64,000 nt of DNA, from the NCBI RefSeq assembly GCF_009914755.1, contig NC_060930.1; one strand, given 5' to 3'. The position numbers and the translations under genes were made by a program. Below, piece by piece: positions 52,215 to 64,000 of this stretch (within the stretch, counting starts at the first letter, position 1; every line of letters begins with the position of its first letter). The notes beneath the pieces are model-generated. The model was not told the origin of the DNA, ran no database searches, and saw only the letters and a list, made by a program, of their open reading frames with translations. The DNA is from the human T2T-CHM13v2.0 reference genome, Homo sapiens.

Positions 52215-53282
52215 GAAGCTCTTTTCTAGGTATAAGGAAAACATAATTTATAAAGTAACAAATTATCCCCTGCATCCTTTTTAAAAATATAATTGTAAAA
52301 CAAATAAGAGCTGATCAGGGGATCACCTAGCATTGAGTGTCTAGTTCATTTGAATAACTACTGACTAATTTTAAAATTGAGATCTTAATTTATCTCATTA
52401 AGATTTATCTTGTGCTTTAAAAACTGAATTGGACACTTCATCAATCATTTTGCTTGTGAAAGGCCCCGAGGTGTTCCAATCCTTATTCAAATGGAATTTT
52501 ATCATGTATTCATTTCCATTTCAACTTTATTATATTACTTTGCCTCTATAAAAGAAATCTTTATGCTACCATTAATTTTATCTTAATTAATTGCAATTAG
52601 TATACTGAGTTGTTGATTTCAAATAACTTTCCACCTTTCCATAAAGCAAAGATTTATTAAAAGATAGTAGGCACTCTGAAGTTCAGGACATAAAATATTT
52701 TACAAATATTTTAAATTTCTAAGTGCCTATTTGGAAGATCCATTCCTAATGACCTAATGTTTTTTTAGCCTTTAGATGAATTAAAATACATTACCAAAAT
52801 CTACGTGATTTTGGCTACTGATCCTTACCATAGTTCATTATAAATGGAGTCTAGATACTCATCATAAATCCATGTCTGAAATGTGGATGCTGATATAATT
52901 AGTTAATATAGGAATTATACTGATTTTAAAATGTACATGAAAAGCCTTGGAATACCACAAAACATGAACTAGCCAAATTATCCATGAAAGTATGCATCTC
53001 TCAAATGGATGTTAAATGAATGGTTATTATTTACAAAGGGAGGGCTAGGTTATCGAAAGGCCTACCCCATAAACATGTAGGCTTAATAGATTTGCCTTAT
53101 AAATGTCAATTAATAGAGAATTAAGATGGTTATTATGCTTCTGCTAGCCTGAGATTAATCTCTGACAGTGGAGAATGAAAGGAACTTGTGATTTCTGCAT
53201 TGCCCCGGAGGCTGACCTCATCTTCTACCCCTCAATCCCCCGTAATATAAACAGGGCATGCATAGGCTGATGCTTCTTACAT

Positions 53283-53522
53283 CAGATTTTTCAAACGCTT
53301 TTGACAGCAATCTATAAGAAAGATGTTTTGCATTGCAATCCAGTGTGGGCACACGCACACAAACACACAATAAAAATAAAATAATTCCTACTATTACAAT
53401 TGACATACACATATTTTCTCTATTATTTTATCATATTCTATTACATTTTTTTAAAATGCTGTTTTCATACCACCAATTTCATGACACTTAATTGGTCATG
53501 GACTAGAGTTTGAAAAACACTG
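53283..53522. mobile_element. hAT-Charlie MITE
   Basis: TIR-like ends cagatttttcaaac ... gtttgaaaaacactg; flank tcctagac resembles the hAT target motif. Confidence 0.65.
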
Positions 53523-54201
53523 TCCTAGACCATATTTGTTACGGCTGCTGTCAAGAATTTATCATAGAAGATGGGCAACTTAGAGGATGATGGTCTGGAG
53601 CACTAGCAATAGAGGCTTCTCACATTAGCTCAGGGTCAGAGATAACAATGGCCTTGACTGGTATTCATGTACTTCCTAGGTTTTAAGGGTTTACATGGTG
53701 CTTTTCAACTTAGCCCTGGAGGGAAAATATTTGCTAAAAGTCATCTTTGGTTCTTTTCTCCTTTTTGTTCCTTACATTCAATATTTCACCAGCTCTTCTG
53801 ATATATCTCTCGGACTTTTCCTTTCCTTTCTATTACCTTTGTCTTCACTCCAGTCCAGTACCTTATCACCCAATACCTAGATCATTGCAGCAGCCCCTTG
53901 TTGCTCACCCATCTGCAACTGCTGCAAGATATATCTTTGTAAAGCATTGTTTCAATTATTTCATTCATTCTGATTAGAACTCCATAACGATGCTGTACTT
54001 CCTAACATGTGAGGAGAGCAAACGAGATCAACATTTGCAGAACATTTACTTCATAGAAGGAATTGACTTGTGTTCCTTTTTACTCAGTATTTTCTGTAAT
54101 TTGGAAAACTATCCTATAAGATACATAATAATTAGCTTGTCTACAGTAATTCGGAAAGAAACAGAATTATAGTTTTCTAAAAAACAACCACATGGAGCAT
54201 T

Positions 54202-54712
54202 TGTATTAACTTCCTATTGCTATTGTTCTCTGAAAAGTACAACGAATTCAGAGAACAAACACCACAAACCACAAATACAAATATAAATTTACTACCTTAT
54301 AGGACAGGAAGTCAGAATTCTCACTAAGCTAAAATGATGGTGCTGGCAGGCCTGCGTTGCTTCTGGAGGCTCTAAGGAAGAATCTTTGCTTTTCCAGCCT
54401 CTAGAGGCTGTCCATGTTCTTGGGTTTATGGCCCCCTACCATCCTTAAAGCCAGCAATCATATTTTTCCAATCTCTACTACCATGGACATCTTCTCTGAC
54501 TCTCCTGCCTCCCTTTTATAGTCCTTATAAAGGAGTAGAAGAACCAATGTGATAACATTATGCCTACTCAGACAACCTAGAATAATCTCTCCATCTCAAG
54601 ATCCTTAACTTAAGCACATTAGCAAAGACCCATCTTCCAAATAAGGTAACATTTGCAGGTCTCAGGGATTAGGACCTGATATCTTTGGGGCCATCATTCA
54701 GCCTCCTGCCAG
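54202..54712 (-). mobile_element. MLT1C/D LTR
   Basis: tgtattaacttcctattgct; ttctggaggctctaaggaagaatc; ggggccatcattcagcct. Confidence 0.82.
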
Positions 54713-55050
54713 CAGAATAAATGTTCTTTTTAAGTGTACATGAAACATTTATTTAAATAGACCACATTCTGGTCCATAAACCTAGTCTCAATATCTTTTT
54801 TAAAATTTGCAATATACAAACTATCTTTTCTGACAAGAGGGAAATTAAACCAGAAATCAGTATGAGAAACATATCTGAAAAAAATCCTCCAAAAACTAAA
54901 AGTTATATAGTGCCAAATCATTCCAAGATCAAAAAATAAGTCACAAGGAACATTAAAAAATATTTTTAACTAAAGAAAATGGAAACAACACCCAAAAAAT
55001 TTTGGGATGTTACCGAAGTACTGCATTAAATGCTTATATTACATTAAAAG

Positions 55051-55525
55051 TGTCAAAGTCAAATAAAAATACAGACACAAATCTCTAGGCAAAACATTTT
55101 TTCTGGGAATGCACATATATAAAAACAGAATTGCAATTCGGGTCATACACACAGAGCAGGGTAGTCTTTGGTACATTCAAAGAAGAAAAGGTTGAGAGTT
55201 TTATTAGAAAGAGAAATGTTACATATTGTTTTGAAAGAAAGCTAGGGCCAAGAAGATTTGGCACTAGCAAAGTTTTGGGGAGCTGGCAAGCTCTGATTGG
55301 TGAATGATGGCCATAGGTAAAACCAATCTTGGAGGCATGGCACGTTGTTTAGCAGCTACTAGGTAAACTGGTACTGGGGCTATAGCAGACTGTTTCAGTA
55401 GTTAGGCTTGCAGATAATTCTTGGAACTGGTGCTATATTCCCTGAGTGATTTTTCCTCCTGGCCCTTAACTCTGATTTAGTTCGGTATGACAAGAATAAC
55501 ACAAGGTATATAATTAATTTTCACA
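55051..55525 (-). mobile_element. ERV1-class solo LTR (MER65/66/72-type) with 4-bp TSD AAAG
   Basis: tgtcaaagtcaaataaaa...ctctgatttagttcggtatgacaagaat...tttcaca; AAAG on both sides. Confidence 0.7.
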
Positions 55526-56062
55526 AAAGAAAGGTCTAAAAATCAATAATCTACATTTCACCTAAAGAACAATAAAAAGGGGGAAAATTAAACTCGAAAT
55601 AAGTAGTAGGAAGGAAATACTAAATATAAAATCAGAAATCAAATAGTTTATATCTCTAAATGCCTATTTTGGGGGTTCATTCTTAACGACCTAAAGAAAT
55701 TTTTTACCCTTTGACTGAATGAAAAACCTTACCAAATTCATGTGATTTTAGCTACTGGAGACTACCAAGTTCATTACAGATGAAGCCTAAACTACCCATC
55801 ATAAAAGCATGTAAATTACCTAGAATAGCCAAAGCAATTTTTAAAAAGAAGAATAAAGTTGGAGGACTTAAACTATCAGATTTTAAGACATGTTACAAAT
55901 ATAAAGCTCTAGTGTTAATATTAGATTTAGTATTAATATAAAGCTCTAATAATCAATAAAGTATGGTAGTGGTATAAGGGCATAGATAAAGAACAGACAT
56001 ACAAATTTGAAAAGAAGATTTCAGAATAAAATATACATATATAGTTGAAAATTAAGTATTTA

Positions 56063-56426
56063 TACCATGGAACACTATACAGCCATAGAAAAGAATAAGA
56101 TCATATCCTTTGCAGAGGCATGGATGGAGCTGGAGGCCATTATCCTTAGCAAACTAACACAGAAACAGAAAACCAAATACTGCTTGTTCTCATTTATAAG
56201 TGGGAGCTAAATGATGAGAACACATGGAAACCTGGAGGGGAACAACACACACTGGGGGCTTTTGGAGGGTAGAGGATGGGAGGAGGGAGAGAATCAGAAA
56301 AAATAACTAATGAGTACTAGGCTTAATACCTGGGTGACAAAATAATCTGTATAACAAACCCCCATGACGGAAGTTTGCCTATGTAACAAACATGCACTTG
56401 TACCCCTGAACTTAAAAGTTAAAAAA
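56063..56426 (+). mobile_element. L1PA (PA10-14-like) 3' end, TSD TAAGTATTTA
   Basis: taccatggaacactatacagcc...gtacccctgaacttaaaagtt; TSD at 56053-56062 / 56427-56436. Confidence 0.92.
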
Positions 56427-56967
56427 TAAGTATTTACTAGTTATTAATTATCAATTTTCAACTATATATATTCTACTTTGGACTCTCTTCTTTCCCATTA
56501 ACTTCTACATATTATATATATATATATGTACACATATATATAAAGTGTGTATATGTATACATATATACTTAATTTTCAACAAAGAATCCAGGACATGTGA
56601 ATGTGAAAAGGAATGTCTTTTCAATAAATGCTGTTGGAACCACTGGATATTCATAAGAAAATAAATGAACCTAGACCCTTAATTGACACTATACACAAAA
56701 ATTAACTCCAAATGAATCAGACTTATATATAAAAGTCAAAGCTATAAAACTTGTAGATTAAAACAAATCCAAAATCTTTGTGACCTTGAAGTAGCCAAAG
56801 TTTTCTGAAATAGGATACAAAAAGCATGAACCCTTTAAAAATGTTGACAAACTGGATTTATATAAAAATTTAAAATATCTGCTCTTTGGAGAACACGAGA
56901 AAATAAAATACAAGACACAGAATAGGGAAAAAACGTTTCCAATAAATGTGTCATACAGACAAGACAT

Positions 56968-57179
56968 CAGGTTTAACAAATAAAAACAAAGAACATCCAC
57001 ACATCCAAGGGTACACGTGCAGGTTTGTTCCATTCACATTTTGGATACACAACAAATGATTTTTTGAGCCTAAGTTTGTCTCATGTAATATTAGGACCAT
57101 AGATTTACTGACACATTATTCGTTGTTTATCTGAAAGTCAAAGGGAACTGGTTGTCCTGTACTTTATCTGGCAATCCTG
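56968..57179. mobile_element. MER53 palindromic MITE
   Basis: ttattcgttgtttatctgaaagtcaaa...ctggttgtcctgtactttatctggcaatcctg matches a MER53 arm. Confidence 0.8.
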
Positions 57180-57997
57180 CTTATAAACAATGTGTATTCA
57201 GAATATATAAAGAACTCTTGATATGATTAGAAGACAAGCAACCCAACAGAAACTGGGCAGGGGATATGAAGCCAATGATATGCTTAGATGTTATAGTGGT
57301 GGAGATGAAAAGTTCTAAAACCACTTTGGGAAATAATTTGCCAGTCTCTTATAAAGTTAAACTTATACTAGTCATACGACTTCATAATTTCACTCCTAAG
57401 AATTTACCCAAGAGAAATGAAAATATATGTATTCACAAAGACTAGTAGACCAATGTTTACAGCAACTTTATTCATAAATGTCAAAAACTAGAAACAACTT
57501 AAATGTCCATCAATGAGTAAGTGGATAAACAAATTGTGGTATATTGATACAACTGAATATCACAAAAAGAAACTACTACTCATGTACACAACAATGAGAA
57601 TAAATCTCAAAAATATGCTGTGCCAAAAAGCCAAACACAAAAGAGTCACATTATATTAATTATATTGACCCCTCCTTCCCCACAAGGAAAACAACCTAAC
57701 CTAAGGTGAGGCAAAGCAGAGTCATGGTTATCTGGGTTGGGTAGTGAGGGTGGGAATGAGAGGCAGAGGTGAGATCGAGGCACAAAGAGCACAAGGGAAG
57801 TCTTGGGAGTGATGGAATGGCTTCATATTGTGTGATAGTCACACAATTGCTCAAATCAGTCAAAACTCATCAAAATGTACAGCAAAATATGTGCCTGTTT
57901 TCCTATAAAAATTATATCTTAATGAAGATAATCAAGAAATAAAGATATATGTCATAAGTCATTGTAATAACCAGGAAAATAAATATCTTTCAAATCA

Positions 57998-58345
<348 letters not shown>

Positions 58346-58449
58346 GAAAATACAGAAAAGAAAGTATGGTAAATAAAAACTGTGAAATGAAATTACAGAA
58401 ATAAATTTCTACAGTGTGATAAGTGAGTTCATCAAAACTTACTTGGTTT

Positions 58450-59670
58450 ATCAGGAAAATTTGATACAGTTGAACCAGTTCCTTCTAGGACCCTGCAATC
58501 TTCCAATTTTCCTTCTACTTCATTAACCTGTCCTTAATCACTCGTACAGATTTCACCTCATCTCCATGGTTTCTGAATATTCTAGTACTCCAGATCTCAA
58601 ACCTTGAACCTTTCCTCTTCACTGCACTCAATTCATTTTGTGGTATCATTCTACCCCAAGGCTTTAAATACCATCTACAAGCTAACAACTCTTAAATGTA
58701 CATCTTCAGCAATTTTCCATTGAGGCCTCAACTTGTGTGTCTAAACTGCCTGCTCATTAGTTTCTTCTGAATGTCTAATTAGAATCTCAAACTTAGCACA
58801 TACTGAGCAAAACCAAAACCCGACCTCTATCCTCCTCTCAGACACACTCTTCTTGCTGTCTCTTGCTGATATTGGCAACTCTCTCTTGTTGCTTAGGAAA
58901 ATTAAAATCCTTGAAGTCATCTTTGTCTCTGCTTCCTCTCACAACACAACCAATCCATCATCCAATCCAAGCTTTCCAGCTCTGCCTTCAAAATATATTC
59001 AGAATTTCATCACTTCTCAGCACCTTCACGTGAGCACACTGGTCCAAGCCATCACCTTTCCTCACCTGTATTATTATTTTATCAATCTTCCCTACTTCTA
59101 CCCTCTAGAATTCATTCTCAACAAAAAAAAAATAGAAAGAATCTGTTAAAATGTAAATGGGATCACATCAATCCTCTGCTCTAAATCCTGCACTGGCTTC
59201 CAATCACAGTAAAGTCCTTACTTGGTTGTACAAGACCATACGCATTCTGGCCTCCCCTGCCTTCTCTGCATTCATCTCTTACCACTCACCATTCAGTTAT
59301 TCAATTCCAGGCACACTGGCCGCTTCTTTGTTCCTCTAGTTCACATCTGGGTTTTGGCAATAGTTTTTTCCTCTCCCTAAAATTCTCTTTCTTCAACCGG
59401 ACCCTGACTCACTTTATTACCTCTTTCAGGTCTTTGCTGAAATCCCACCTTATCAAAGAGGCCTTTTCTGATCAATGTCCTCCTCTCACTACTTTCACTT
59501 TCCTACTTTATTTTTCTTTATAACATTTATCATATTACTATATATTTTACTTAAACATTTTGGTGGGGCTGTGTGTCCCACCTAGCACACACATTCCACA
59601 CAACAAGGATTCTTATCTGTGATCAATGTCTGACACACAGTAAGCATACATAAGTATTTACTGAATATAT
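58450..59670 (+). mobile_element. L2 (L2a-like) 3' 1.2 kb
   Basis: ggctttaaataccatcta; atctcaaacttagca; ctggtccaagccatcacc; tgtctgacacacagtaagcatacataagtatttactgaat. Confidence 0.85.
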
Positions 59671-60284
59671 GCATGACTTGGCCTAAAAGCAGAGACATTC
59701 AAAATTGGAATTTAAAACATTCAGAGATATTTTCAACAAACACATACTAAAAACTAACTAATATAGAATACTTAAAGTAAAGGAATAAAAAAGATATACC
59801 ATAAAAATATACACCAAAAGAAAACTTGGCTTCAACTTAAGATGGAAAACATTATAAAGCACTGAGATGGATACTCTTACAAGTAAAATAAGTAACTGAT
59901 CAAAAAGTTTTAATTATCCTGAATAAATACGCATGGAACCATGTAACTTCAAAATATAAAAAGGAAAAACTGAAATAACTATGGAGAGATACAGGCAGAA
60001 CAACAACGGAGTTACTAATATTAATGAATATTTATCTTGATTATTAAAGCAAATAAAAAATACATGAAAATGTAAATACGAGTACCATGATCACAAAGCT
60101 CATAGTAATAAAAAGATTTCCTGAAATATTTATAAAAATTTCATGCTCTGGGCCACAAATAATCCCAGGAATTCAAACTGAAAGAAACTAAATTCTCTAA
60201 TCATAATACAATAAAAAATAAATAAAAACCATTAACAGTAAAAAAAAAAATCAGAAAAAATACACAAGAAAACAATGTACTTTA

Positions 60285-60840
60285 TGAGTAAAGATTCAAG
60301 ACAGGATGCAGAAACACACTGAGTTATAGAATGATGATTTACTACAGAAGTTAAACTTCATTGTAGGAGGAAGTGCGGAAGCAAATTTCCAAGAGGAAAG
60401 TTTGGAGACCAGAGGAGCCCCCAGTCAATCAATCTGAGAAGCCTAGCATATTTTGCCATCTAAATCAGACTGGAAGGGGAAGGTTCCTGAAAAGGTCTAT
60501 GAGAAGCTGTCCTTTTATGTTGCTAACACCTCTATAGTTTTGCTCCTAAGAATCTGGTGATGGATCTGGGATTGCTATTAGTCAATAGGGTCAGGAGTTG
60601 GGAAGAGCTGGATGTGAAACAGACAATACTGAAGATAAGCTGGAACCCGATGCCACCTCTGTGTCTCTTTGTCACTGCAGCTAAGCACAATAACTGTCAG
60701 ATCATAATGACCACTTCTCACTTTAGCTTTCCAAATCTCACACAAACTCCTCTCTTGACCAACTCTAGACAATATGCAAACATACAGGGAAAGGAATTCT
60801 GAGAAACATAGTTCCAATTTGACCAAGCTGACACAGTACA
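60285..60840 (-). mobile_element. Ancient ERVL-class LTR
   Basis: aagattcaagacaggatgcagaaacacact...ggaaaggaattctgagaaacatagttcc...gacacagtaca. Confidence 0.5.
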
Positions 60841-61094
60841 AAGTACTACAGACACCATTCATTATAGTAACAGAAACAAAGAAACAAATGGAATTCAGGA
60901 ATGAATCTAAAAAGAATGCACAAGGAGACTTCATGGATAATTGTTAAAGTTTAATTTTAGAACATAAAAAAAAAATAAAATAAAATAAAATCTCAATAAA
61001 TGAAGAAAAGATTACCATGTTCATGGATGGAGTGACTTAACCTAATAAAGATAATGATCTTGCTCCAAATTTATCTTCAAATTCTTTACACTCC

Positions 61095-61475
61095 CGTATT
61101 AGCCCATTCTTACATTGTTATAAATAACTAACTGAGACTGGATGATTTATGAAAAAAGAGGTTTAATTGACTAACACTTCCTCAGGCTGTACAGGCAGCA
61201 TGGCTGGGAGGCCTCAGGAAACTTTCTGTCATGGCAGAAAGGCGAAGGGAAAGCAAGCATGTGTTCACATGTCAGAAAGGGGAAGAGAGCAAAGCGGAAA
61301 GTACTACACACTTTTAAACAACCAGATCTCATGAGAACTCACTCACTATCATGAGAACAGCAAGGGGGAAATGTGCCCCCATGATCCAATTACCTCACAT
61401 CAGGTGTATCCTCCAACACTGAAGATCACAATTTAACATGAGATTTGGGTGGGGACACAGAACCAAACCCTATCA
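61095..61475 (-). mobile_element. MSTA solo LTR
   Basis: gtattagcccattcttacattgttata...ggggacacagaaccaaaccctatca. Confidence 0.9.
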
Positions 61476-62563
61476 ACTCCCAATCAAAATTCAAAATGAA
61501 TATTTTAAAGACCCTGACATACGTATACCAACAACTGTGTAAATAACTATTCAACAAAAAGCTGAGTCAATTTTGATAAGGAAGAACAAATAGGAGGGAC
61601 TCCAGCCTAGCCTATGAGATGTTAAGATGCACCACAAAGCCATAATAATAAAAACAGTATGATATCGATAGAGGAATTGACAAATAGATCAGTGAAACAG
61701 AATAGAATGCTTGCCAACAGGCCAACGTATTTATGGAGACGCTCTACATGCTAAATATTATACTATAAATCATTGAGAAAAATGGATTGCATAGTTGAGG
61801 GGTTGGGAAAATTGGGGCTTATTTTTTGGAAAAAAAGTGGATTTCAATCTTAAAACATATGGCAAATATGAATTTGAGATAAATATTTCAATGTAAAAGG
61901 TAAATCTATAAAGTTTAAAAAGAAGAATAATGCCTTTGAAATCTTTAGAACTTAAGATGCTAAAAACATGAGCTCTAACTTGAAAAAAGATGAATATTTA
62001 TTAATTCACTGCAATTACATTTTTCAGTTCAACAAAATATACCACATACAAGGTTAATATGTGAATGACAGATTAGTAGACTATATTTGTAAATATCTAA
62101 AACTGATGAAGGATTAGTATCCGGAATATATAAGGAACTCCTGCAAATGAAAAATAAAAAGCAAGAAATGTAAAAGAAAACAAACAAATGATATAAATTG
62201 GCAGTAAAAACATTCAATATGTAGAGATATTAGCCTCACTCAATGTCAGATAAAAATAAAATAATAATGAGATACCACTTTATGCCAAGAGATTGTAAGA
62301 TTTAGGAAGGTGGAAACAGAAATTTCATGCACCGCAGGTGGGAGCCTACCTACAGGGCAATTTCTGTCCATCTGATGACCCAGGATTTCCACTCAGGGGT
62401 ATACACCTGAAAGAACTGAACAAGGATATGCATTATGGCACCAACTGGGGGCACCTTAAGTGTTCATAACCAGGAAATGTGGAAGGGTATTTGGTAGATG
62501 TATACCTTGTAGTGTTAGGTACCAATTAGAAATAAAACCAATAAATGTATACATAACATATGA

Positions 62564-63227
<664 letters not shown>

Positions 63228-64000
63228 TAGCACAATGCTACTGTAAATATAAAACCCATATGTACCAAAGCAATATATATATTATGAGAATATACAAATC
63301 TAAAATGTGTACATCTATCATAACAGCATATTGCACCCCATAAATATATATGATTATCTGTTGATTAAAAATTAAATTAAATTATTTAAAATGTACATAT
63401 ATATCCAAAGATATAGATCATGCACTACATGCTGGTCTAAGGAAATATAAAATGAAACAACATAGAAACCCCTATGGACTGAGGATGAGAGTGTGCCATG
63501 AACTGAGAAAGATGGTTAATGCAATTATCTACTCTCTGAGAACCGAAAGAAAAAAATTAATGAAGTGTTCCCAATGAGTGTACTTTTTTTTTTCAGTTCT
63601 CCAAGGATACAAAGATGAATGGATGAGGGTGGCTCTGTTAAGTTGGAATACATTTAAGAAGATGAGGCATCTCCCTCATGGTAAAGGAATTCAAGGAATG
63701 TGTGAAATATTTCCTTCTTTTTAAGAATACACAGTTATTTGGGGCTGAGATATACCACGGAACTTGAGTAAGACCCATGTATTCGTACCAAATGTATGCC
63801 AAAGGATAAAAATACAGAATAAAGATGCGCAATCCATGTTCGTGGTAGTGTGGGTGATCACTTGTTTGCCCTGAGAGGCCCAGCAACTTGCTAAGGAGTT
63901 GGCTACATATCAAAGACTACTTGAGAACCACCCCAGGCTTCCCTTTTAGGTATAACTAAACAACCACTTACATAAATTTATATGTGAACGAGTTTTCTAA

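Larger units (their letters stand above)
54713..57930 (+). mobile_element. Old L1M with large internal deletion and nested insertions
   Basis: EN-region atagaccacattctggtccataaa; ORF2 3' cctagaatagccaaagcaatttt; 3'UTR acccaagagaaatgaaaa. Confidence 0.8.

Overview
Primate (almost certainly human) non-genic DNA dominated by interspersed repeats: Alu, L1 of several ages, L2/MIR, MaLR and ERVL/ERV1 LTRs, and DNA-transposon MITEs. I find no intact protein-coding gene, and nearly all listed ORFs are repeat-derived noise. The standout is a young composite retrotransposon at 2697-5070: a truncated Alu, then MAST2 exon 1, then an SVA (the human-specific SVA_F1 type with an extra 5' Alu transduction), inserted in an old L1. 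It carries a CpG island, a uORF and a MAST2-SVA chimeric ORF. This element class is already described, so I do not claim it as new. A near-full-length FTH1 processed pseudogene lies on the minus strand (about 15547-16397), with a decayed iron-responsive element and no poly(A) tail. A decayed ERVL provirus remnant lies at about 27400-30430. The least explained signals are rearrangement scars: two diverged local duplications (8180/9909 and 52716/55652), micro-inversions inside L1s, a scrambled AluY and a 56-bp termini-only MLT2. Repeat subfamily names come from recalled consensus sequences. Boundaries of old repeats are approximate and need RepeatMasker/Dfam confirmation.
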